Positions 35,919 through 45,256 of a stretch of DNA of 64,000 nt are shown piece after piece (within the stretch, counting starts at the first letter, position 1; every line of letters starts with the position of its first letter). Made by a program: the position numbers and the translations under genes. Source of the DNA: an uncultured delta proteobacterium (lineage in GTDB: Bacteria > Desulfobacterota > Binatia > Binatales > Binataceae); assembly GCA_963711565.1 (NCBI GenBank), contig CAVQEQ010000004.1, positions 1,536,001-1,600,000 on the forward strand, given 5' to 3'. A model generated the notes under the pieces. That model was given only the letters and a program-made list of their open reading frames with translations, did not search any database and was not told where the DNA came from.

Positions 35919-36671
35919 ATGAATCGCGACGAATTCAGACTGAAAGGAAGGAGCTACTCAATGGAACTGCGTCTGCTGTCTACCGAAACCGAACGGAGAA
36001 TTTTCGCCGCGCGCACCGAACAGATTCGTGCGAAGCACGGAGTCGGCTTCAAGGAGCGCTCGCGTTCGCGCCTCGCCAGAATTCACCTGACGTTTGGCAA
36101 TCTTTACGCGCTGTTTGAGAACGACGGCGAGCCGGCCGAGAAGATGATTGCGGGGCTGGTGATGCACGACCTCGAAATGTTTCCGCAAACCTGTCCACGG
36201 CCCGACCTGTCGCATCTGCCGCCGCGATCGGTGCTCGAGGTCAGCGAGCTGTGGTCGCGCGCAGTCGGCGCGGGCGCGCTCGCGCGAGCCGGAGCCGCAA
36301 TCCTGGCGGGGCTGCTCGACGCGCGAGCGATCCTCGCGTACCTGGGGGTGAAGCCATTCGACGGTACGCCATTCTACCGCGCGACAGGGTTCGTCAACGC
36401 GGGCGAACCGGTCGAGTATCCATACCTGGAAACTCTCAAGGGGGAAGCGATTTGGGCGCAGCCCATGATCCTAGAGGGCGAGTCGCTCGCAAAACTGACG
36501 CGAGTATTTTCGCAACTGATCATTGAGACGAATGAGGACCATAGCGTCCTGCGTTTCAGAAATTTCCTGAAGGGGAAATCGGCGGGCGGGCGGCCGGCGT
36601 TCGTGGACGATGCAGCACCCATGGTTGAACCGCGGATGGTGCATGAGGAAACCGCGGCGCCGATGCAATAG
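35919..36671 (+). CDS. GNAT-fold acyltransferase, distantly LuxI/FeeM-like
   Basis: VLEVSELWS..GAG..; FY.ATGF...GEP motif B; AAGGA RBS. Confidence 0.55.
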   Translation: MNRDEFRLKGRSYSMELRLLSTETERRIFAARTEQIRAKHGVGFKERSRSRLARIHLTFGNLYALFENDGEPAEKMIAGLVMHDLEMFPQTCPRPDLSHLPPRSVLEVSELWSRAVGAGALARAGAAILAGLLDARAILAYLGVKPFDGTPFYRATGFVNAGEPVEYPYLETLKGEAIWAQPMILEGESLAKLTRVFSQLIIETNEDHSVLRFRNFLKGKSAGGRPAFVDDAAPMVEPRMVHEETAAPMQ

Positions 36672-36730
36672 CGCCTATGTCAGTTCGAGAGACCGGATCA
36701 GAACGATTGAGGAAGCACTCGAGGGTAACA

Positions 36731-37783
36731 ATGAATTACGGATCACAAGCAGAGTCCTCACCGGGGGCGGGACGCTTCGGCGACACCGGCACGAACATCC
36801 CCGTCAAACTGACAAAGGAAGAGCTGACGGAGCTGTCGAGGGTCAAGCCGATCCTCGCGTGCGCTCACGTAGCCGCGGAGTGGGCGTTGATCGCGGCGAC
36901 AATCTATCTGTGTCAGCGATTCTGGCATCCGATGCTGTACGTGTTCGCGGTCGCGTTCATCGGATCGCGCCAGCATGCGCTGCTGGTCCTGATGCACGAC
37001 GGCGTTCATTACCGGCTGCTGCGTAATCGGCGGCTGAACGACTGGCTGTCGGAAGTAGTGCTGGCATGGCCGCATCTCGTATCGGCGCGGCAATATCGCA
37101 AGAACCATTTCGCGCATCATCGGTTCCTGAATACGGCGCAGGATCCCGACTTGAAGCGCAGGGCAGGCGACCCGGCGTGGGTATTTCCGCAGGCGGCGCC
37201 GAATCTCGCGAAGATGCTTTTCCGCGACGCGGTCGGATTGAACGCACCCGCGATGATCAAGCTGGCGGCGTCGGTAGCGGCGGCGGACGAGGTGCCGACG
37301 TGGTTTCTCGCGCTGCGCTACGGATTTTACGCGGCAGTACTTGGCGTCGTCATTTACTTGGGAGTGTTCGAGGGTTTCATTCTGTACTGGATCGTGCCGA
37401 TGTTCACGTGGCTGGTGCTGATCATGCGCATCCGCAGTATCGCCGAGCATCACGCGATCGACGTCGACGGGCCGCAGACGGCGTACCCGCGGACGCGCAC
37501 GACCGATGCGACGTTGCTCGAACGGATTTTCCTCGCGCCGAAAAACGTCAACTACCACATCGAGCATCACTTTTTCCCGAGCGTGCCGTTCTATCGCCTG
37601 CCCGAACTCCACGCGATCCTGATGTCGAAGCCGGGCTACCGTGAAGGCGCTCACGTGACGCATACGTACTGGGGCGTGCTCGGAGAATCGGTGGGCCGCA
37701 AGGCGTCGAATGGCGGCAAGTTCCGCGCCGAGGACAGCTCGCAGCTCAACGGAATCCAGCGCGTCGCGGAGGCAACTGTTTGA
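36731..37783 (+). CDS. Membrane fatty acid desaturase-family protein (start 36677 or 36731)
   Basis: His boxes HDGVH, HFAHH, AEHH, HIEHH..P.VP.Y.LP. Confidence 0.9.
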   Translation: MNYGSQAESSPGAGRFGDTGTNIPVKLTKEELTELSRVKPILACAHVAAEWALIAATIYLCQRFWHPMLYVFAVAFIGSRQHALLVLMHDGVHYRLLRNRRLNDWLSEVVLAWPHLVSARQYRKNHFAHHRFLNTAQDPDLKRRAGDPAWVFPQAAPNLAKMLFRDAVGLNAPAMIKLAASVAAADEVPTWFLALRYGFYAAVLGVVIYLGVFEGFILYWIVPMFTWLVLIMRIRSIAEHHAIDVDGPQTAYPRTRTTDATLLERIFLAPKNVNYHIEHHFFPSVPFYRLPELHAILMSKPGYREGAHVTHTYWGVLGESVGRKASNGGKFRAEDSSQLNGIQRVAEATV

Positions 37784-37945
37784 TGATCTGATCCCACCTG
37801 CGATCAACCTTCTGTTATCGCGCGCCGGCCAAGCGGTTGCACACCGCGGTCGCCTAATTGTAGAGTTGCGCCGGGCGCGAACCGACTGATTACAGCCAGG
37901 ACTGGGGTGGACTCCGTCTGGCGGCGGATTTCGACCCCGTAGCGA

Positions 37946-39115
37946 ATGGCTGCAATTCCGATAACCTACAATCTTAGAAGCCTGATGGTCCGGCGGACGA
38001 CCTCGCTGATGACCGCGCTTGGGATAGCGCTGGTCGTGATGGTGGTCGTGATCCTGCTGAGCTTCGTCAGCGGCTTGCGACAAAGCCTCGAGCTGGCGGG
38101 AGAGCCGGGGCACTGGATTATTCTCAGCCGCGGCACCGTCTCCGAGGGCGAAAGCTACATCCCGCGCGAGCAGTCGGACATCCTGCGGACGCGGCCCGAA
38201 ATCGCCACTGACGCGTCGGGCGCGGCGCTCTTTTCCCCGGAGATGGTCGTGCCGTTCAATGCCGCGGTGAACCGGCCGGCGATTCAGTTTCGGCCGGCGT
38301 CATTGCGCGGCGTGTCGCCGATTGCGTATCAGATGCGGCGCGGGCTCAAGCTGGTGAAGGGGCGATGGCCGGCGCAGGGCCGCGACGAGATGGCGATCGG
38401 ACAGAAGCAGGCGGCGCGGTTCCCGGAGCTGGGCGTCGGCACGACGTTCAAGTACGGGCGCCGCACGTGGACGATTGTCGGAATTTTCGCCGATCGAGGC
38501 AGCGCGCTGGAGTCGGAATTCTGGACCGACATCAACGTCCTGCAGCAGGATGCGCGATTCGAGAACGGCTACTCATCGTTCCACGTCGTGCTGAAGCCCG
38601 GCACCGAGGAGACGTTTCGAAATGCGCTCAACGAAGATGCGCGACTGACTGTCGACGCGATCAGCGAGCATGATTTCTTCGCGGAGCAGGCCAAGGTCGC
38701 CGACCGCTTGCGCGAGCTCGTGCTGATAGTCGGCTTGATCGTGGGAACCGGCGCGGCCTTCGGCGGCATGAACACGATGTATGCGGCGGTGGCGCGGCGC
38801 ACGCGCGAAGTTGGAGTGTTGCGCACGCTGGGCTTTAGCCGCGGATCGGTGCTGACGAGCTTTCTCGCTGAGAGCGTAATTCTGGCAATGGTTGGCGGGG
38901 TCATCGGCGATCTGCTCGCGACTCTCGTCGGCGTGGTCGCCGGTCTCGATAATCGGCTGATGAGCGTTGGCGCGGTGGTTTTTTCGTCGGCTTTCTCGGT
39001 GAACGCGCTGGTGGCGGGAATCGTTGCCGCGCTGCTGATTGGAATCGTCGGCGGGCTGATGCCGGCCTGGCGTGCTTCGCGTCTTCCGATCATCGAGTCG
39101 CTGCGCGAGGCGTAA
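37946..39115 (+). CDS. MacB/FtsX-type ABC permease
   Basis: N-terminal TM, periplasmic domain, NTMYAAV..R.REVG.LR.LGF, PA.RA.R..I..LR. Confidence 0.9.
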   Translation: MAAIPITYNLRSLMVRRTTSLMTALGIALVVMVVVILLSFVSGLRQSLELAGEPGHWIILSRGTVSEGESYIPREQSDILRTRPEIATDASGAALFSPEMVVPFNAAVNRPAIQFRPASLRGVSPIAYQMRRGLKLVKGRWPAQGRDEMAIGQKQAARFPELGVGTTFKYGRRTWTIVGIFADRGSALESEFWTDINVLQQDARFENGYSSFHVVLKPGTEETFRNALNEDARLTVDAISEHDFFAEQAKVADRLRELVLIVGLIVGTGAAFGGMNTMYAAVARRTREVGVLRTLGFSRGSVLTSFLAESVILAMVGGVIGDLLATLVGVVAGLDNRLMSVGAVVFSSAFSVNALVAGIVAALLIGIVGGLMPAWRASRLPIIESLREA

Positions 39116-39119
39116 CCCG

Positions 39120-40280
39120 ATGCAATCGCTTCGACTGGTTTTTCGCTACGTGATCCGCCAACCGCGGCGCGCGATCCTGACGATGCTCACGTTCGCGGTC
39201 GCCACTTTTATCTTCACGGTGCTCGCGGCGATACCGAGCTCGATCGACATGATTCTGAAAAAGACCGCGGAGACGCTCCGCGTGTATTCCTATAACGCCG
39301 ATGGGCGTTACCTGGGCGTGCCCGCGCGCGATTGCAGGGAAATCGAGAAGATTCCCGGCGTCGTCGCCTGCAACCCGATGGTGGTGCTGCGCGCCACGTA
39401 TCAGAGCGCGTCGGAAACGGTGCAGGCGTTTGCGCTGGACGCGGACAAAGTCGAGCTGATGTATCCCGACTACAATCTTACGCCGGAGGTGCTCGGCCAG
39501 TTCACGAGCCTGCGCAACGCAGCGGTCGGGGGACGGCTGCTGATGCGCAAGCATGGCTGGAAGGTGGGCGACGTGGTCGTGCTGCGCGGCGATTCCAACC
39601 GGCTCGACATCAAGTTTACGATGGTCGGCGAGATCCCGGCGGACAACTATCCGAATTTTTTCATGTTCCGGCGCGACTACCTGGTCGAGGCGGAGAAAAA
39701 AATCGGAATCCCCGAAGAAAAGCATCCGGCGGGCTTCCTGGTGACACGCGTCAACTCAGCCAATCACATCGCGTCCGTCATTCATCAGATCGACAGCACC
39801 TTTCACAACTCGGACTTTGAAACCGCTTCGATGACCGAGAGCGAGGCGGTATCAGGCCTGATGTCCACCGTCGGGGACATCCGCGGCATCGTGTCCGCGA
39901 TCTCCGCGGTGATCGCGCTGACGATTTTTCTGATCGCCGCGAATGCGATGTCGATGATGGTGCGGGAACGGTTGCGCGATGTGGCGGTGCTGCGCGCGCT
40001 CGGATTCAAGCAGCCGTACATCGCGCGTATCCTGCTCGGCGAGTGCGCGCTGATCGGCACTGTGGGCGGCGCGCTCGGATGCGCGCTTGCGCTGTGGCAG
40101 TTCGGCAGCGGCACGACGTTGCGCGCGGTGCTGGAGAGCGCCGGTTATCTGACGGTGACCTACGGCGCCGCGCTCGAAGCGATGCTCGCCGCGATTGCGA
40201 TCAGTATTCTGAGTGCCGCGATTCCGGTGTTGGGTGCGATGCGGGTGACGCCGGCCGACGCCTTCCGAAAGACGATCTGA
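39120..40280 (+). CDS. MacB/FtsX-type ABC permease
   Basis: R.PRR..LT, AN.M.M.VRER...AVLRALGF, P...A.R....AFR. Confidence 0.9.
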   Translation: MQSLRLVFRYVIRQPRRAILTMLTFAVATFIFTVLAAIPSSIDMILKKTAETLRVYSYNADGRYLGVPARDCREIEKIPGVVACNPMVVLRATYQSASETVQAFALDADKVELMYPDYNLTPEVLGQFTSLRNAAVGGRLLMRKHGWKVGDVVVLRGDSNRLDIKFTMVGEIPADNYPNFFMFRRDYLVEAEKKIGIPEEKHPAGFLVTRVNSANHIASVIHQIDSTFHNSDFETASMTESEAVSGLMSTVGDIRGIVSAISAVIALTIFLIAANAMSMMVRERLRDVAVLRALGFKQPYIARILLGECALIGTVGGALGCALALWQFGSGTTLRAVLESAGYLTVTYGAALEAMLAAIAISILSAAIPVLGAMRVTPADAFRKTI

Positions 40281-40285
40281 ACCGG

Positions 40286-40714
40286 CTACCTGCCGACCGC
40301 GTGACGAACCGTGTTCAGTATATAGATGAAGTCGCGCGGCGATTTTACGTCGCCGAGAAGCGCTACCCGCTCCAGCATTTCCATCTCGTCGCCCGTGATA
40401 TTGTGGATGCGCCGAATCTGTTCGTCCTTGCGAAAATCTTCCCACGCAGACTTTGCGTCGGTCTCCGGCTCCGGGCTGAGTAGTGCCTGCGCGCGCGGAT
40501 TGGCGAGGAAAAACAGCTCCCGCCGATCGAGTCCGAGCACTTCGGCAAGGCGCGTGACGATCTTGTCCGACGGGTGCCGTTTGGCCGATTCGAGGTGACC
40601 GATGTACGGGGTCGAAGTCTTGATTCGGCGCGCGACCTCTTCCTGGGTCAGGTCCAGTTGCCGCCGGCGGTCACGAAGTACTTGACCAAAACTACGTTCC
40701 TTGGTCCGTGCCAT
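40286..40714 (-). CDS. XRE-family HTH transcriptional regulator
   Basis: FG..LR.RR..L.LTQEEVA..TS..YI..LE...R.PS. Confidence 0.88.
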   Translation of the reverse strand: MARTKERSFGQVLRDRRRQLDLTQEEVARRIKTSTPYIGHLESAKRHPSDKIVTRLAEVLGLDRRELFFLANPRAQALLSPEPETDAKSAWEDFRKDEQIRRIHNITGDEMEMLERVALLGDVKSPRDFIYILNTVRHAVGR

Positions 40715-40768
40715 TAATGTAAGTCCCCTTGAGGAGTCGTTCGCGGCGTGGATCAACCGCGTTCCCAA

Positions 40769-41494
40769 TCAATTGGGTGAGATTCGACGCTGCCAGTTTG
40801 TACCATCCAAGAGCCTGTAAGGCAAATTCAGTTCGGACGGTTTTCCGGCCTCGGCCTCCTCGAGGTCGCCGCCCTTGACCAGGGTGGACCAGAGGTCCTT
40901 GGGGTCGCCGAAAATCAGGTCAGCCTTCGCAGGGATCATGTACCATGCGCCGGACATGACTTCGCTGGAGAGCTGATCGCGCAGCCACTGCGCCTTGCCT
41001 GAAATGACGCGGAGATCGGTGATCCGCGGGTCCTTGAGGACGCCTGCAACGGCGTCGCGGCCGGCCGCGACGTAAACGTCATCGAAGACCCGTGTGGCGG
41101 AGCTTTGTGCTGACGACGCGCGGAAGATCACCGATATCCCGTCGAGTAAGGGTATGCGATGGTCGAGGAAACCGTTTTCAACTGGGCCGCCCATGTAAAC
41201 CGTTCCATCTGGACCCTTTAACTGGCGCGCTTGCGGAAACAGATCCCGCACCTGCTGTTTTGCCGGGGTATTTATGATGAGGCCGGCGAGCAGCGGCGGC
41301 TCGGTCGACGGCACCATCAGGATCACGGCGTGCTCAAACAGCGGGTCCTGCAAGTCGCGAGTGGCGACCAGAATGGACGGCATGGTCAGGTCCATGCTGT
41401 CCGCGTTCCGCGCCGTCACCAGGGCCGCAATCAACGCCGTGATAAGAATGCCGGCGACCATACGTCGGCGGAGCTTGATGCTGAGCCGCACCAT
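40769..41494 (-). CDS. YqgE/AlgH (DUF179) family protein with N-terminal signal-like segment
   Basis: LVA..L.DP.F..AVIL..GLIIN.P..GGPV..G.A.W...QL..E...G.W. Confidence 0.82.
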   Translation of the reverse strand: MVRLSIKLRRRMVAGILITALIAALVTARNADSMDLTMPSILVATRDLQDPLFEHAVILMVPSTEPPLLAGLIINTPAKQQVRDLFPQARQLKGPDGTVYMGGPVENGFLDHRIPLLDGISVIFRASSAQSSATRVFDDVYVAAGRDAVAGVLKDPRITDLRVISGKAQWLRDQLSSEVMSGAWYMIPAKADLIFGDPKDLWSTLVKGGDLEEAEAGKPSELNLPYRLLDGTNWQRRISPN

Positions 41495-41578
41495 ATATCA
41501 AGTACATAGCGTCAACTCGAATCGAGGTTCAACGCCGGGGCGCTGACCTCGGCAGCGTCAAGTGCTATTGCTGTCCCA

Positions 41579-42721
41579 GTGAGCGCAAATCGAAAAGCGG
41601 ACGTGGCGATCGTCGGGGCCGGCATCCTCGGCCTCGCGCATGCATACTTCGCGGCCAAGCGCGGGCGGTCGGTTGTCGTGTTCGAGCGCACACCGCGGGC
41701 GCAGGGTGCGTCGGTGCGCAACTTCGGCATGATCTGGCCGATTGGGCAGAGAGCCGGCGTCGTGCATCAGATGGCGATGCGCAGTCGTCAAATCTGGAAT
41801 GAGATGCTGGAAGCGTCCGGATTGCAGTATCGCCCTACTGGCTCGCTTCACGTCGTCTATCATCAGGACGAGGCCGACGTGGCGCGGGAGTTCGTCGAAC
41901 GCGCGCCCGCGCTCGGTTATACCTGCACGTGGCTTGCGCCCGCTGAAGTGCTGAAGGCAAGCGCGGCGGTAAATCCCAAGGGACTTCTCGGCGGCATCTG
42001 GAGTCCTACCGAGCTCACTGTCGATCCGCGGCAGATTCTGGCGAAGCTGCCGGCGTTTCTCGGCGAGAAATTCGGCGTACAGTTTCGCTTCGGTACCGCA
42101 GTGCGATCGATTCAGTTGCCGAATATCGAAGCCGGATCGGAAACCTGGGAGACCACTCAGGCGATCGTTTGCGGCGGGGATGATTTTGAAACTCTCTACC
42201 CGGAATTGTTCGCGACCAGCGCGATCGATCGATGCAAGTTGCAGATGATGCGTACCGCGCCGCAGAAATCTGGATGGGAGCTTGGCCCGTCGCTCGCCGC
42301 GGGCCTCACGCTGCGCTTCTATCCAGCGTTTGAAATCTGTACGGCGACGCTGCCGAAATACAAGCAGCGTGTCGCGCGCGAACTCGGCGATTACGATCGC
42401 TTCGCCATTCACACGCTCGTCTCGCAGACCGCGGACGGAGCGCTGACGCTCGGCGATTCGCATGAGTACGGTCGCGCAGTCGATATCTTCAACAAGACCG
42501 AAATCGACGAACTGGTCATGCGCAACGTGCGCGAGTTCCTGGTTGCGCCTGACCTCTCGATCGCGGAGCGATGGTACGGCGTGTACGCAAAGCATCCGGA
42601 CAAATCATGGGTCGCGATCGACGCCGCGCCCGGCGTGCGCATCGTCACCGCAGTCGGCGGATCCGGCATGACACTGTCGTTCGGCTTGGCCGAACAGATG
42701 ATTCGCGAGATGGATATATAA
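41579..42721 (+). CDS. FAD-dependent oxidoreductase associated with phosphonatase (TIGR03364-like)
   Basis: GAGILGLAHA, GASVRNFGM.W..GQ, CKLQMMR, GDSH.Y, W.GVY, G.GMTLSFG; stop overlaps the phnX start. Confidence 0.85.
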   Translation: MSANRKADVAIVGAGILGLAHAYFAAKRGRSVVVFERTPRAQGASVRNFGMIWPIGQRAGVVHQMAMRSRQIWNEMLEASGLQYRPTGSLHVVYHQDEADVAREFVERAPALGYTCTWLAPAEVLKASAAVNPKGLLGGIWSPTELTVDPRQILAKLPAFLGEKFGVQFRFGTAVRSIQLPNIEAGSETWETTQAIVCGGDDFETLYPELFATSAIDRCKLQMMRTAPQKSGWELGPSLAAGLTLRFYPAFEICTATLPKYKQRVARELGDYDRFAIHTLVSQTADGALTLGDSHEYGRAVDIFNKTEIDELVMRNVREFLVAPDLSIAERWYGVYAKHPDKSWVAIDAAPGVRIVTAVGGSGMTLSFGLAEQMIREMDI

Positions 42722-43538
42722 TGAAGCAATCGTATTCGGGGCCGGTGAAGGCCATCATTCTCGATTGGGCGGGCACAACGGTCGATCACGGCAGCCTCGC
42801 GCCGGTCCGCGTCCTGCAACAGGTGTTTGCGGGCCGCGGCGTTCCGATTTCGGAGGAAGAAGCGCGCCGCGACATGGGCGTGCTGAAAATCGACCACATC
42901 AGAAAGATTCTGTTCGGGGCAAATGTCTCGGAGCGATGGCGCAAAGCCGTCGGGCACGATCCAATCGAGGCGGACGTCGAGAGTCTGTTCGCGAACTTCG
43001 TGCCGCTACAGCTCGAATGCCTGGTCAAATACTCGACCGTGATCGATGGTGTCGCGGCGGCAGTCGCGCGCGTCCGCAAACGCGGAATCAAGATCGGAAG
43101 CACCACGGGATACACCCGTCCAATGCTCGATATGATCCTGCGACCCGCCGCCGAGCAGGGTTACAGGCCAGACTGCGCGATAACTCCGGATGACGTCGGC
43201 GCGGCTGGCCGCATCCATGGATGATCTACGCCAACGCGATCCGGCTGCAGGTCGAGCCGCTCGAGGCGATCGTGAAAGTCGGCGACACACCCGTGGATAT
43301 CGAGGAAGGACTTCGCGCGGGTGTATGGACGATCGGCGTCGCGCGTACCGGCAACATGATCGGGCTGTCCGTTGAGGATTTTGCTGTTCTCACACCAGCG
43401 CAGCAAGCGAGTCGCCTTGAGAATGCGCGTGCCGCGCTATCCGCAGCAGGCGCACATGAAGTGATCGACGCGGTCGCCGATTTAGAGCCGGCGCTCGACG
43501 CGATCCAAGCGCGCATCCGCAAAGGCGAGCGTCCTTAG
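42721..43538 (+). pseudogene. phnX: Phosphonoacetaldehyde hydrolase (phosphonatase), frameshifted near 43205
   Basis: DWAGTTVD.GS.AP, EAR..MG..K.DHI, GSTTGY; the GRP.PWM motif is split between frames; VKVGDT..DI.EG in the second frame. Could be a sequencing error. Confidence 0.85.
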
Positions 43539-43561
43539 GGAAGGTAGATCACTTCATTTGA

Positions 43562-43619
43562 CGTGAACCCGCGGTGGGTTTCACGCTTCCTCGGCAGGGG
43601 TGACCCCTGCACCCAATGG
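43562..43619 (+). repeat. Repeat family A copy between convergent genes
   Basis: gtgaacccgcggtgggtttcacgcttcctcggcaggggtgacccctgcacccaatg. Confidence 0.85.
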
Positions 43620-43620
43620 T

Positions 43621-45189
43621 TCAATAACGCGACGCACGGCGGGTGACTGGGCCATCGTCGCTGAGCATGATGTGCGTCAGTGTTTGCTCGTCGTGGTTCA
43701 TGCGCCATGACAGGAGCTTTTGTGCGTACTCCAAAACTTGCGGCGCGTACGAGGCGTCGTTCGCGAGGTTCGTGAACTCGCCCGGGTCCTTTTGCAGGTC
43801 GAAGAACAGCGGCGGCAGATTTGTGAAATGAACGTACTTGTAACGCTCGCCGCGGATGATGTTCATCGTGCACTGATGCATCGTGAGACCGAGCGCGCGC
43901 TCGGCCGAGTCGTCGCCCGGATCGCGGAAGTCGTACTCCCAGTGCGCTTCGGTCCGCCATCTGGCGGGACGGCCCGCGCCCTCGAGGAACGGCGCGAGTG
44001 ATTCGCCGTCGCATTGCACCGGAATGTCGGCGCCGATCGCCTGCAGCATCGTCGGCATGATATCGACGTTTTCGGTGAACGACGAAACTACCGCGCCGCG
44101 TTCAGCGTCGGCATCCGGGCGCGGATCGCGGACAATTAGCGGGATGTGATACGAGCCGTCGAAGTAACCGCATTTGCCGATCAGCCAGTGGTCGCCAATC
44201 TGCTCGCCGTGATCCGACGTGAAGATGATGAGCGTCGAATCCCATCGCCCCGCTTCCTTCAGAAACTGAACCAGCCTCCCAATCTCCGCATCGACTCTGC
44301 TCATCAGCCCGTAGTAAACCGCCTTCAGCCGCCGGAGCCTCTTCTCGTTGTCGGTCGCTACGAAAACTCGGCGGCCTAGCTGATGCGCAAGCCACGGATG
44401 CTGCCTTGCTTCATCTTCCGGCGTGGCCAGACGCCTGAACCCCGGCACCTTCGCGGGATCGTACATCGAGTTGTAAGGCTCGGGCGCGACGAACGGCGGA
44501 TGCGGCCGCAGGATCGACAGGTGCGCGGCGAACGGACCGCTCGCGCTCTTGATGTAGTCGATCGTCCGGCCAACAAGGAACGCAGTGTCGTCGAATTCCG
44601 CCGGATACTTGAGCGGCTTGGGATGCGCCGCGCCGTCCTCATAGTCGGGGCCGGAATCGCGATTGCCGTAGGCGAAGCGAATGTCCGCCGGCACCTCGAA
44701 ACCATGAGCCTTGAGCCAGTCAGTCCAAGGCGTCGGCGCGCCGATCATCAGGCACACGGGGCGGATGCCGGGCAGCGGACCCTCGTAACTCTTCAGCCAC
44801 GGATCGCCCGCGTCGAGCCCGCGCGGATCCTGGCTCGTGTCGGTGTAGCCAAACAGGACGGGATCGTAGCCGTGCGACGCGGCCTCCCTGGCCCAGTTGG
44901 TGTGGCGCGCATCGAGTGGAGTGCCGTTGGTGCCGGAGCGGTGATTCTGCAGATACATCCCGGTGTGAAGCGACGCGCGACTCGGACCGCACGGGACGGC
45001 GTTGGCGAAGTGACGCCGGAAGAGCACACCTTCGGCCGCGAGTGCGTCGAGATTCGGCGTGCGAACACAAGGATGGCCGAGCGCTGAGAGGCAGTCGCCG
45101 CGCCATTGGTCGGCCGTGATGAACAATACATTGAGCGGCGATCCCACGACCTCGGATACTAGCCGCCGGTTCCAATTGGCGTCCAGCAC
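43621..45189 (-). CDS. Sulfatase-superfamily phosphonate monoester hydrolase (PehA/PMH-like)
   Basis: DQWR, CGPSRASLHTG (CxPxR), NHR..NGTPLD.RH, GYDP.LFGYT..DPR, RPHPP, SDHGE. Confidence 0.8.
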   Translation of the reverse strand: MLDANWNRRLVSEVVGSPLNVLFITADQWRGDCLSALGHPCVRTPNLDALAAEGVLFRRHFANAVPCGPSRASLHTGMYLQNHRSGTNGTPLDARHTNWAREAASHGYDPVLFGYTDTSQDPRGLDAGDPWLKSYEGPLPGIRPVCLMIGAPTPWTDWLKAHGFEVPADIRFAYGNRDSGPDYEDGAAHPKPLKYPAEFDDTAFLVGRTIDYIKSASGPFAAHLSILRPHPPFVAPEPYNSMYDPAKVPGFRRLATPEDEARQHPWLAHQLGRRVFVATDNEKRLRRLKAVYYGLMSRVDAEIGRLVQFLKEAGRWDSTLIIFTSDHGEQIGDHWLIGKCGYFDGSYHIPLIVRDPRPDADAERGAVVSSFTENVDIMPTMLQAIGADIPVQCDGESLAPFLEGAGRPARWRTEAHWEYDFRDPGDDSAERALGLTMHQCTMNIIRGERYKYVHFTNLPPLFFDLQKDPGEFTNLANDASYAPQVLEYAQKLLSWRMNHDEQTLTHIMLSDDGPVTRRASRY

Positions 45190-45256
45190 CAGACGACGCT
45201 ACTTTGTTTGCACGCGTGCAAGCCTCGTCTAACGATACTCTTTTGCGGGAGGCGCA

